Shown here in pieces: positions 9,710 to 18,838 of a stretch of 64,000 nt of DNA. Location: NCBI GenBank assembly GCA_963668315.1, contig OY764216.1:3552001-3616000 (forward strand). Reading direction: 5' to 3'. Position numbers and translations under genes: made by a program. The notes beneath the pieces are model-generated. The model saw nothing but the letters and a program-made list of their open reading frames with translations, did not search any database and was not told the DNA's origin. Position 1 is the stretch's first letter. Each line of letters begins with the position of its first letter. This stretch comes from Spirochaetia bacterium (GTDB lineage: Bacteria > Spirochaetota > Spirochaetia > DSM-2461).

Positions 9710-9754
9710 CTGAAATCAATATTTTTTTACCCATTTATGGGACGGAGGATTAAC

Positions 9755-10947
9755 ATGAAAAAAAGAGTCTGGCACCGGGGAATTATTATGATGATGGTCA
9801 TCATAACCCTGGCTTCCTGCACAAAAGAGTCCGGGAAAAGCGCCGGTTCGGGAAGAATTTCCTATACGCCGGGAACCTATTCGGCCACTGTGGCCAGTAT
9901 GAAAGGTGATCTCACAGTTGCCGTCGAAGTGGATGACTCAAAAATCCTGTCCGTTGCTGTTACGGATATTATCGATACCCATGGAATCGCCGATAAGGCC
10001 GTCGGGACAATCCCCGGGGAAATTGTATCCCGTCAGACATTGACCGTGGATACGGTAAGCGGAGCGACGGTGACATCCATGGCCATTCTTCGCGGGGCAG
10101 AGCTTGCCCTGGAGAAATCGGGTGCCGATACGGACCTTTTAAGGACAGAGGCGAAAAAGGCGGCCAAACCTTCGGGAGACGATGAGATATACGATGTCGT
10201 CATAGTCGGATCCGGTGCTTCGGGATTATCCGCCGCGGTCAGAATCGCAGCGGAGAGCGATCTAAAGGTACTGGTACTGGAAAAACTGGCCTACTACGGA
10301 GGATCCGCCCGGGTCTGCGGGGGAGGCATCTGGGCCATGGGATCTGAAATGAACAGAAATGTGGGCATCGATTCCACGGCGGACGAATACATTTCCTTTA
10401 TGGAAAATCGTTCCGGCAAAACCCTGAACAGATCTCTCCTGACAAATATTCATGACATTTCCGGTTCAACCTTTGATTATCTGGTCAAAAACGGATTGCC
10501 CGTCGATACCCATACCCCGGGCGTGGGCCATGAAGATTCCCGACTTGCCATTGCGTGGGCCTTAAGCAATTCGGATGAACCCTATGAAACGGGCTACGGC
10601 GGAAAGGATAGGACCTATAACGTCCTTGCCGGGAAAGTCATCCTCGCCACCGGCGGTTTTACCAGAAACCGGGAATTAGTCAAAGAATTCTCCCCGGAAT
10701 ACGAAAATGTCATGCCCTTTACGGGAGCGGGCAGCACGGGGGACGGCATAGAGATGACTCGGGCTCTGGAAAACCCAATTATCGGATCCATTCCGGGGTT
10801 CAAGGTTTCGGAAAACTGCCAGGTCCTCAATGATCGGGGAGGGGTGATTCCGTTTACAGCGGAGCCCTTGCGGGTGAACATATTGTAAAAGAGATGTCAA
10901 ATAATCATTTCACCGATCCTTGCGATCTTCTTACCGGCACAGGCTGA
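9755..10947 (+). pseudogene. FMN-binding + FAD-binding flavocytochrome-c-type reductase lipoprotein, internally deleted and frameshifted
   Basis: Lipobox LASC, FMN_bind 'VDTVSGATVTS', 'DVVIVGSGASG', 'VILATGGF' and 'STGDG'. The ORF is much shorter than intact members and stops at 10888. The C-terminal helix VYSGALAGEHIV is in another frame (10852-10947). SD GGAGG supports the 9755 start. Confidence 0.65.
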
Positions 10948-10976
10948 ATCATGTTCCTGTGCCGGCAAGGGTGTGC

Positions 10977-13900
10977 TTAATAGAATCCGGCATACATCCG
11001 GTAGACCAGATTCTTGAATAATACCTTGCCCGTATAGGGCCGGTCCGCCAGAATCGGGAACCCATACTGCAGGAACCTCCCCTGCTGTGCGATGGGAAAG
11101 TAATGGGCATAGGCCGTATCGCCGCAGAGGAGATAACCGTTCGCCGGATTCGTATCGCTGCTTCGGTATACCATGGCCCTATAGTCGTAACTGTTGACCG
11201 AGCCACCCAGCGCCGTATAGGACAATTGAGTGGTCGCCCCGTGGACCGGCGTGGTTCCGCCGCTGAATAGAGTACTGGTCAGAGGATAATTCCAGACATT
11301 CGTGCTGGCCGTCCACTGGAGCATAGTAAGATCAGCAGAGGTCGTGTACATTACATGGCCGGCTCCTATCTCCGTCGGATATTGGGTCTGGTAACTCAGT
11401 GAGCCTGAGTAATGCCAGCTGGGATTATTCTCCAGCAGCTGCAGAAAACGGGCTCCCGAGTATCCCATGGCTATGACGCCGCTTCTGTTATTTGTCGTCG
11501 AGGGAGAAAGGCCGGTGTTGTAGCTCCTGTGGGCGATATTCCGTGCGATATTGGGCGTATTGTAGGTATAGTAAGCTCCCGGAGTAATGATGACCGGATC
11601 GCCGTAGATGATATAGCGGTCATCCAGAGTGGTCCAGCTGTTCGTAATTAAGTTCTGAGGCAGCATGGTAACCGTCCAAACCGGTTCGGATCCGCTGATA
11701 TAGGAGCTGTAGGTCGTGGTCAGACTCTCGTTCTCAAAAAGGCTCTTAATCTTGCCGGCTATGGACGTATCGTCCGTATCGCTGCTGTTGTAGACCACGG
11801 TGATATCCGAACTGAACGATATGATGTAATTGCTGTAACGGTCACTCCAGCCGGCGCTGTTGTTATACATGCGTATATATACATAATACACCGTTCCTTC
11901 GGAAATGGTACCCGACACATTTCCCGTATAATAGGTAGGCACGGTGGATGTGCTGCTGCCTGTGGCAACGGCTCCTACGCTGGGATTTGAAGTGGGTGAT
12001 GTGTGAAAATAGGCATAATACGTGTTTGTTCCATATTCCGAGCCATAGGAATTATAATACAGAGTGACATAACCATTGCTGGTTTCGCCCTTGGTAGAGT
12101 TGTACAGCGCCGTATTCCCGTAATGAATAAGGTCCGTACGGGGCGAAACGGAAGAATAGGTTGTATTCCCCGCGGCATCGGCAAAGTAAACCTGAACGGC
12201 CTTGGTTCCGTAGCCTGACGAAAGTGTCCATGATCGGGAATCGGAATAGGAGTATGCCGTGAACCCTCCGGATGTTCCGTTTCGCAGATACATGGTAGTC
12301 GCGCCGGAAACACTGCTGTTCAGAGTAACCGACGTACTGCCCGTGGAGGTGGCATTACTGTTGATAGTAAAGGAACTGAATGAGGGCGGCGTTGTATCGA
12401 GAACGATAATGTCGTATATATATCCCGAGACATTTCCTGCTTCATCCCTGAATTTGACAAGGGCGTACTTTGTTTCATCGCCGGATGTCAGGGAGAATGA
12501 TTTGCCTGTGGAATAGTTTTCCCAGCTGCTCCAGGTTCCCCATCCGTACAGTGAACTGTAGTTGGCGAACTGCATCTGATCCGCTCCGGTAGCGCTGACC
12601 GTCAGAGTAACCGATGTGGATGTGGCATAGGCGGCTCCGCTGTTGATTGAGATGGCTCCGGGGACCGGCAGAGTGGTATCGATGGTTATCGTTCTTGTTC
12701 CGGCGGCAGACCAGTTGCCGGCCAGGTCACGTTCCATGACCTCCAGCGAGGCAGAAACCGTATCTCCCAAAGCCGTTGTATGGGTATAGCTTGTCGCCGT
12801 GGTTTCTTCGGACCAGGCACTCCAGCCGGAACCGTTGTTGAAACGGTACATGTACACGCCCATGCCGCCCCCGCCGGAGTTCCAGGTCAGGGTCGGAGTC
12901 GTGTCATTGGTTTCGGTTTCACTTGTGCCGGTTTGAATCATGCTGACAGTGGGACTGTTCGGTGCCGCCGTATCGATTTGGACACTGCTTGAGGCAATTT
13001 TTCCTACCCAGTCGGTACCGTTTATTCTCTCTTCTATCTGAAAAGTGGTAATCCCGTTGCTCAGGGAGGAAAGGGTTATCGTGTTGTTGGCGGTTACCGT
13101 CCAGTTCGACCCGTCCGTCGAGTACCTGTAGTAATCCGAGGCCGTATCAACTCCGGCGCCCGATTCCCAGGACCAGGTGACGCTGTTTACGTTCCGCAGA
13201 TAGTCTCCGTCGCGGATGAGGTTCGGTTCGGAAGTATAGTCGCTGTCAATCCAAATGGCATGGGAGGATTCGGCAGACCAGTTACCCGCCTCATCCCTTT
13301 CCTGGACGTAAAGGGTGTATTCATACATATCCTCAATGGAAACTCCCATGTAGGAGGTATTTCCCGTTTCCGTCTGCCAATCGAATACGACGACAGTTTC
13401 AGCTGTGTAAGCTCCGCCATTGGATTCCCAGTTCCTTGCTCTTCTGTCAAGACGGTAGCGGTAGACTCCGTTTCCGCCCCCGCCGCTTGTCCAGTTCCAC
13501 GAAGGGGTCGTGCTCGGAGTATGGGTCAGCCCGGCGATCTGGGGGACTGCTGGTGCTGTGGTATCCCATTCCAGGGTATAATAGGCGACTGTCTCGTTGC
13601 CGGCATAATCGGTAACCGTAAGGGAAAGGGTATAGGTGGCGTCCGTGTCGGCCGAAACCGTAGTGGATGATGCCGCGGGTGTTCCGAATGTGACGACTCC
13701 CGTGCCGGAAAGCTGTTCCCACAACCTGGTTTCAACCCCGGTACCCTGATCGGTGACGGTCGCACTGTTATCTATGGTGATCTGGCTGTTGACGGTAAAA
13801 AAGGCCCCGTCGTTATTGATCACGGGATAGATCGTGTCAATATTAACTGAGGCCGATCCCGTTTCCGTATGGTTCCCCGCGTTATCATAGGCTCTGACCT

Positions 13901-16223
13901 TGAGATTTTTCACTCCTTCCGACAGACCTTCCGCAGGGGCGAAACTGGCAATTTCAGTAATGATATACCCGGTCTGTCCCGTAGCGTCGGGAATTTCCCA
14001 ATCGGGAGTCTCGGCGAAACTGACCTTGTAGTAATCACTGCCGGAAACGTCGTCCCAATGCCATTCCGGCTGATTGGTGGAACTGTAGGCGGTGACCGTA
14101 ACATTCGGAGACGGACCGTTGCCTGCTGTCCCCGCCGTATTTCCCGGGGCCGTGACATCCCATACAAGGGGCACCGTTCCGAAGGCTTCATTTCCCGCGG
14201 CATCTGTCACGGTCACTTTGAGTACATATTCGCCCTCCGCATCGGCTTCTACGTCCGGCGCTTCGGCCGCGGTATCGGAAAATGTCAGAACGCCCGGACC
14301 GCTCACCTGTTCCCAGAGATAGGATGAAATGGGATTGGCATCGGTATAAGATCCTGTCTGCGTGGTTGTCTTGTTGATAATCAGCTGATCATCCAGACCA
14401 AAAACGATTCCCGGCTTCGTGGTATCGAGAATAATCGTATCAGAACCGGCCGCAGTCAGATCCACGTTATCGATCACTTCGATCTCCACCGTCTTTATTC
14501 CGTCTCCCGCCGGAAGGGTAATTGTCTGAGTCGGGATCCACTCAATTTCAGGTGCCCCACTAAGATTCCCGTCAGTGGAAATGCGCATTCTGCTGATCCC
14601 GCTGGTGACATCATTCGCATCGACAGTCAATTCAACCGATAAATCCTGATTATTTGTATATTCCGCTTCTCCGTTCAGGGATACGTTGTTGATCACCGGG
14701 GCCGTGGTATCAAGACTGATTTTCAGACGTTCCGGCTCTTCCGTTTCGTTTGAGTCCGTATCCATGAACTTATAGTAGATGTATTTAAAACCGTCCCCCG
14801 AAGGAAGGGTCCAGGGATAGGGATTACCGTTGCTTCCGTAGGGATCGCCGTTTACGTCATAATAGGGCTCCCACTGGGCATCACCTTCAAACAGGGGGAG
14901 GCTACCGTCGTTGTATCCCCAGATTTTCATTCCGTAAATATCGTTATAAGAATCACTGGCGTTTATTACCAGATTGAGGGACGTGGAATTTGTCGCCGTC
15001 GCCGTCGGATGGTCGGCACTGTAATTCTGCGTATCCAGTAGTACCGTCCCGACGGGCGGTTCATTATCAATGGCGTCACCGGTACGGAAAAACCAGCTGT
15101 ATTCCGACTCTATCGGATTTCCCGCGACATCCGTTGCGCTATCTTCCAGATAAACCATGTAATCACCGCCCTGATCCAGATCAAGGCCCGTCAGAAGAAT
15201 CGTATTGTTGGGGTAGATCTCGTTAGGATCGGCTTCTATGTAGCGAAGATCCTCACCTTCTATCCGGGTGTCGCCCTTCATCAGATAGAAATTGCCTTCC
15301 GTCTCTATCAGCCCGTCGATATCATAGGTAGAGATGGTGATACTGTTCGGATCAATCGCTTCTGAAAAGGAGAGGGATATAACCCCGGAATTGGCGGGAT
15401 AATCACTGGAATTCGCCTCGGGAGAAGTCACCGTCACAGCGGGGGCCACCTGATCATACTCAATCAGGGCCGTAGCCAGATCCGAGACATATCGGCTTTC
15501 GTTCCGCACCTGGGCCTCGAAATTGAAAGTCTCCGAGGAAACTCCGCTCAGGGGAAGGGAGACGTCAGTCAGGGACACGGCGTTATCCGTAAGCAGAGCC
15601 CATTCCGGCCACTCACCCGTGGAGAGACGGTAGCGGTACTCCAGATCACCCGTCTCACCTTCCACATTGGATGCCAGGAGATCCACGCGGACCGTATCCT
15701 GATTTGTTGCCGTCCTGCCGTAATCGATTCTGAAATCGCTGATCACCGGCAGAACAGAGGAAGGGGTGCTTTTGGTCGTGAATTCCCATATGAATTCCTC
15801 GGTAAAGTTATTGCCGTCCACATCTTTTATCATGCTGGTGACCGTAACGGAGTAGGTGGTCATGTATTTCAATTCTGTGCTGGGATTAAAATTCGCCGTA
15901 CGGTTCGATACGGAATAGGTGCCCTGAACGGCGGTGTCGTCGGACGTATCCTCCGTATTCGCCGTATTTTTAATAATCAGACTTCCGCTGTTCACACTGT
16001 CTGAATCAATACCCTTCGTAAAGGTGATATAGATGTTATCTATCCCGATATCGATATTCGCTGCGTCCGTATCGGGAAATATGGACTCAATCGACGGGGG
16101 AGTCACAATGATTTCCACTTCTTCATCGATCGTATCGAGCAGATTATTCGGACATCCCGCAGAAATTACGGCCAGGATTACCCCGTAAATAAGAATTCGG
16201 CGCCGGTTACGGTTTTTTAACAT
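10977..16223 (-). CDS. Large surface lipoprotein with tandem Ig-like/PKD-like repeats (putative adhesin)
   Basis: Lipobox ISAG-C24, two Big_5-like units, repeated 'DTTAP/DTTPP...D.AGN' units and two 'WEQ.SG.G..TF' PKD-like units; Thr/Ser/Asp-rich. Confidence 0.85.
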   Translation of the reverse strand: MLKNRNRRRILIYGVILAVISAGCPNNLLDTIDEEVEIIVTPPSIESIFPDTDAANIDIGIDNIYITFTKGIDSDSVNSGSLIIKNTANTEDTSDDTAVQGTYSVSNRTANFNPSTELKYMTTYSVTVTSMIKDVDGNNFTEEFIWEFTTKSTPSSVLPVISDFRIDYGRTATNQDTVRVDLLASNVEGETGDLEYRYRLSTGEWPEWALLTDNAVSLTDVSLPLSGVSSETFNFEAQVRNESRYVSDLATALIEYDQVAPAVTVTSPEANSSDYPANSGVISLSFSEAIDPNSITISTYDIDGLIETEGNFYLMKGDTRIEGEDLRYIEADPNEIYPNNTILLTGLDLDQGGDYMVYLEDSATDVAGNPIESEYSWFFRTGDAIDNEPPVGTVLLDTQNYSADHPTATATNSTSLNLVINASDSYNDIYGMKIWGYNDGSLPLFEGDAQWEPYYDVNGDPYGSNGNPYPWTLPSGDGFKYIYYKFMDTDSNETEEPERLKISLDTTAPVINNVSLNGEAEYTNNQDLSVELTVDANDVTSGISRMRISTDGNLSGAPEIEWIPTQTITLPAGDGIKTVEIEVIDNVDLTAAGSDTIILDTTKPGIVFGLDDQLIINKTTTQTGSYTDANPISSYLWEQVSGPGVLTFSDTAAEAPDVEADAEGEYVLKVTVTDAAGNEAFGTVPLVWDVTAPGNTAGTAGNGPSPNVTVTAYSSTNQPEWHWDDVSGSDYYKVSFAETPDWEIPDATGQTGYIITEIASFAPAEGLSEGVKNLKVRAYDNAGNHTETGSASVNIDTIYPVINNDGAFFTVNSQITIDNSATVTDQGTGVETRLWEQLSGTGVVTFGTPAASSTTVSADTDATYTLSLTVTDYAGNETVAYYTLEWDTTAPAVPQIAGLTHTPSTTPSWNWTSGGGGNGVYRYRLDRRARNWESNGGAYTAETVVVFDWQTETGNTSYMGVSIEDMYEYTLYVQERDEAGNWSAESSHAIWIDSDYTSEPNLIRDGDYLRNVNSVTWSWESGAGVDTASDYYRYSTDGSNWTVTANNTITLSSLSNGITTFQIEERINGTDWVGKIASSSVQIDTAAPNSPTVSMIQTGTSETETNDTTPTLTWNSGGGGMGVYMYRFNNGSGWSAWSEETTATSYTHTTALGDTVSASLEVMERDLAGNWSAAGTRTITIDTTLPVPGAISINSGAAYATSTSVTLTVSATGADQMQFANYSSLYGWGTWSSWENYSTGKSFSLTSGDETKYALVKFRDEAGNVSGYIYDIIVLDTTPPSFSSFTINSNATSTGSTSVTLNSSVSGATTMYLRNGTSGGFTAYSYSDSRSWTLSSGYGTKAVQVYFADAAGNTTYSSVSPRTDLIHYGNTALYNSTKGETSNGYVTLYYNSYGSEYGTNTYYAYFHTSPTSNPSVGAVATGSSTSTVPTYYTGNVSGTISEGTVYYVYIRMYNNSAGWSDRYSNYIISFSSDITVVYNSSDTDDTSIAGKIKSLFENESLTTTYSSYISGSEPVWTVTMLPQNLITNSWTTLDDRYIIYGDPVIITPGAYYTYNTPNIARNIAHRSYNTGLSPSTTNNRSGVIAMGYSGARFLQLLENNPSWHYSGSLSYQTQYPTEIGAGHVMYTTSADLTMLQWTASTNVWNYPLTSTLFSGGTTPVHGATTQLSYTALGGSVNSYDYRAMVYRSSDTNPANGYLLCGDTAYAHYFPIAQQGRFLQYGFPILADRPYTGKVLFKNLVYRMYAGFY

Positions 16224-16237
16224 CTCCTCTCCCTCCC

Positions 16238-18325
16238 TTACTCTTCAGACCAGAATATGATATCCCTGTCGTCAGCCGCGGCAGCCCTGCCTTGATAGTT
16301 GGATTCATTGCTCATATAGGCGTATTTCACCGCGCGTTCGGGATCAATATCCTTAAGCCTGAAGTAGGATTCCTCCGCCTGTTCGAAATTTTCCAGCTCA
16401 TACTGGGCCCGGGCTATGGAAGCGATGACCAGAGAGTTCTCCGGACTGATCTCTTCGGCTCTCTTATACCAGCTGAGGGCATTCCGGATATCCTCATTAA
16501 GTGAGTAGAGATTCCCCATATTTATCAGGGAAGAAATAAAACGTGAATCCAGCTGTATAGCCCGGTTGAACTGGTTTCTTGCCTCATCATATTTCCCGAA
16601 ACGGGCATACAAAACACCGAAGCTGTTCCTTATCCGGGCATTGTCGCCTCTGGACGATATCAACTCCTGATAGTCCTGTACTTTGGGCTGAATCTCCCGG
16701 TCGATGAAAATTGCCAGATTCTCCTCATAACTTTCAATGATCATCTCCCTTTCGGGAAAAACCAAGGAAAGAGCCGCCCCCGGTATGGCCACCGGTTCAT
16801 AGGTCTGCCAGGCATCATGAATCGGATAGATGGCGGCGCTGTTGTGTATGGTATTATTACGCCACTCCTTGGCTCCGATTTTCCAGGATTTGAGAAACCC
16901 CTCCGGTATCATGGTGATTTCCACAGGAACCCAGGTGTTGCCGTCCAGAAAAAGAAAATCCTCCGTATTGGAAAAAAGACTCTTTGCCTGGTCTTCGCTC
17001 ATATCCAGAGAGAACGCCATATAAATATGTCCGGGAATGGTAATAAAGGCCGTAGAAATTCCTACGGATTCAAGAAGGGACGAGTAAAGAATGGAAAGAT
17101 CATCACAATCTCCCGCGCGATAGGTCAGAGTCTGGGCCGGGAACTGCAGATAATCGATAAAGAGAGAATTTTTTATGGCTTCCACATAGGAGGACTGGGG
17201 ATCCACCACGTAATTCATGCCGTAAAGACGGAGTGTTTCATATATTCCCATGGCAATCCGGAAGTTCAGATTGATGGAATTGGTTCCCTGCTCGCGGATA
17301 ATTCCGGCGGTATTTTTGGCAAAAAGCAGAACCGTTGAGTCCTTGGCGTTCACAAAGGAAGCCGCCTTGCGGTCGTCATCCCACATCATGGAGTTGCGGT
17401 CATAGATTCTCAGGGTATAGGGGGTGGTGGATGTGAATCGTTCTCCCAGGTAGGTATATTCGGTTATGATGCTGGCGGATACCTTGGTGCTTTCGGTCAG
17501 CTGCATCACACTGTTGGTAAAGAGGGCTTTCAGTTCAATTTCCACGCTCTCTCCGTGTTTTAAACTGGAAATCTCGGCGCTCAGTTTCGGCTCTTCCATA
17601 TACTGATTCACGTTGAAATAGACCTTAATATCCGAAATGGAGCTGTTCTCGCCGTTCGTGACGGAGACTTTTCCCACGGCGTTATTATCATAGAAGCCGT
17701 AGAATACGGGGAAAACCGGATCGAACTGAATATCCTCGACCTTAATCCTGCTCCTGTTCTTTTTCGTATTCAGGTGAAACACCGTCCCCAGGGTTATTCG
17801 CGCTCCCTGGTACAGATCGGTATAGGATGAAGCGGCCGTATCATAACCGAGGTAATAGCGGTATCCGCCCCCGGCGGAGAGGGTAAATCCCGGGGTGAAA
17901 TCCCAGGAGAGATAAACATTGCCCCCCCCGTAGGGGTTCGATCCGCCGTCGGCGTCGGGGTACATCCCCAGATACCAGCCCACTTCTCCTCCGGCCGAGA
18001 GGCTCAGGGCATTTCCCATGCGAAGGCTCAAGCCTCCCTCAAACCCGGCAGAGAGAATAGACAGGTTTTCCGCCTGGGTCGGTAATATACTGTACCCTAA
18101 ATTCCCGCCATAATAGAAACTGGTAAAATCCGGGGGAGTGAAGTGCAGACTAAAAGTGGCCGAACCACCGGGGGTATAGAGGGAATCCTCATGGAAAACG
18201 GCGCTGTTTTCTCCAAGGGGAAGTTCAAAGGCCGGTCTCACAATAAGGCTGGCATTCTCCATCTGTCCGAATACCGCTGTTGCTGTGACGAGAAATATTA
18301 TAATAACAAGGATTATTTTTCGCAC
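16238..18325 (-). CDS. Exported protein: outer-membrane beta-barrel-like + Ig-like + transglutaminase-like + TPR domains
   Basis: Signal peptide; about 8 amphipathic Gly/aromatic strands; 'GDCDD...PGHI...WVPVE'; C-terminal TPRs 'RNSFGVLYARFGKYDEA' and 'LINMGNLY'; GTG start with SD GGAGG. Confidence 0.8.
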   Translation of the reverse strand: MRKIILVIIIFLVTATAVFGQMENASLIVRPAFELPLGENSAVFHEDSLYTPGGSATFSLHFTPPDFTSFYYGGNLGYSILPTQAENLSILSAGFEGGLSLRMGNALSLSAGGEVGWYLGMYPDADGGSNPYGGGNVYLSWDFTPGFTLSAGGGYRYYLGYDTAASSYTDLYQGARITLGTVFHLNTKKNRSRIKVEDIQFDPVFPVFYGFYDNNAVGKVSVTNGENSSISDIKVYFNVNQYMEEPKLSAEISSLKHGESVEIELKALFTNSVMQLTESTKVSASIITEYTYLGERFTSTTPYTLRIYDRNSMMWDDDRKAASFVNAKDSTVLLFAKNTAGIIREQGTNSINLNFRIAMGIYETLRLYGMNYVVDPQSSYVEAIKNSLFIDYLQFPAQTLTYRAGDCDDLSILYSSLLESVGISTAFITIPGHIYMAFSLDMSEDQAKSLFSNTEDFLFLDGNTWVPVEITMIPEGFLKSWKIGAKEWRNNTIHNSAAIYPIHDAWQTYEPVAIPGAALSLVFPEREMIIESYEENLAIFIDREIQPKVQDYQELISSRGDNARIRNSFGVLYARFGKYDEARNQFNRAIQLDSRFISSLINMGNLYSLNEDIRNALSWYKRAEEISPENSLVIASIARAQYELENFEQAEESYFRLKDIDPERAVKYAYMSNESNYQGRAAAADDRDIIFWSEE

Positions 18326-18674
18326 CTGAATCCTCCCATATACTGTTCCAGGAAAAACTTTAACAGATAATTGAAGCTACTCTTAATGCCGATCAGATAA
18401 AATGAATAATTCTATCGTTCTTATAATTTGTTAAATCCTAATGCTTTGTCATTTTAATTATAAGTGAGAGATCCACGGCTTTCAAGGATTCTCCTGCAGA
18501 TTACATTACTATTTCACTAGTATATAATTTCTCCTGGTAAGATCAGGCTGATTCTTCTCCTGCTGCGGGTCTAAAGGGGCCATAGCCGTTTCATACCCTT
18601 TGTTTTTCTACCAAAGGGTGATGTGCCGAGAGGAGCCTTTTTTAAAAACCGACCGCCAACATGGACGTTATCTC

Positions 18675-18703
18675 TTTACATTAGACACTGTCTATTGTAA
18701 AAT
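18675..18703 (+). promoter_or_regulatory. sigma70 promoter of the MCP gene overlapped by a 27-bp palindrome
   Basis: TTTACA-17nt-TAAAAT; TTTACATTAGACA-c-TGTCTATTGTAAA has one mismatched pair. Confidence 0.7.
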
Positions 18704-18838
18704 GAATAGGAGTTTCTATACTGTTATTTTATGAATTCCGATTCAAAAACCCGAAGAAATCCAGAGAGAATTAACGCCTCACTCGGCGGCTCATTTTGGG
18801 AAATGCAGGTCATAATCGGTATTCATCAGGAGTTAAAA

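Noticed and set aside
18560..18600. GGGTCTAA...ATAGCC resembling part of a c-di-GMP-I riboswitch upstream of the MCP
   Set aside because: The GCAAA/GNRA P2 elements are missing and the segment lies upstream of the promoter.
18731..18838. 36-codon N-terminal extension of the MCP in the ORF track
   Set aside because: There is no well-spaced SD at 18731. The SD and the TM position favour 18839.
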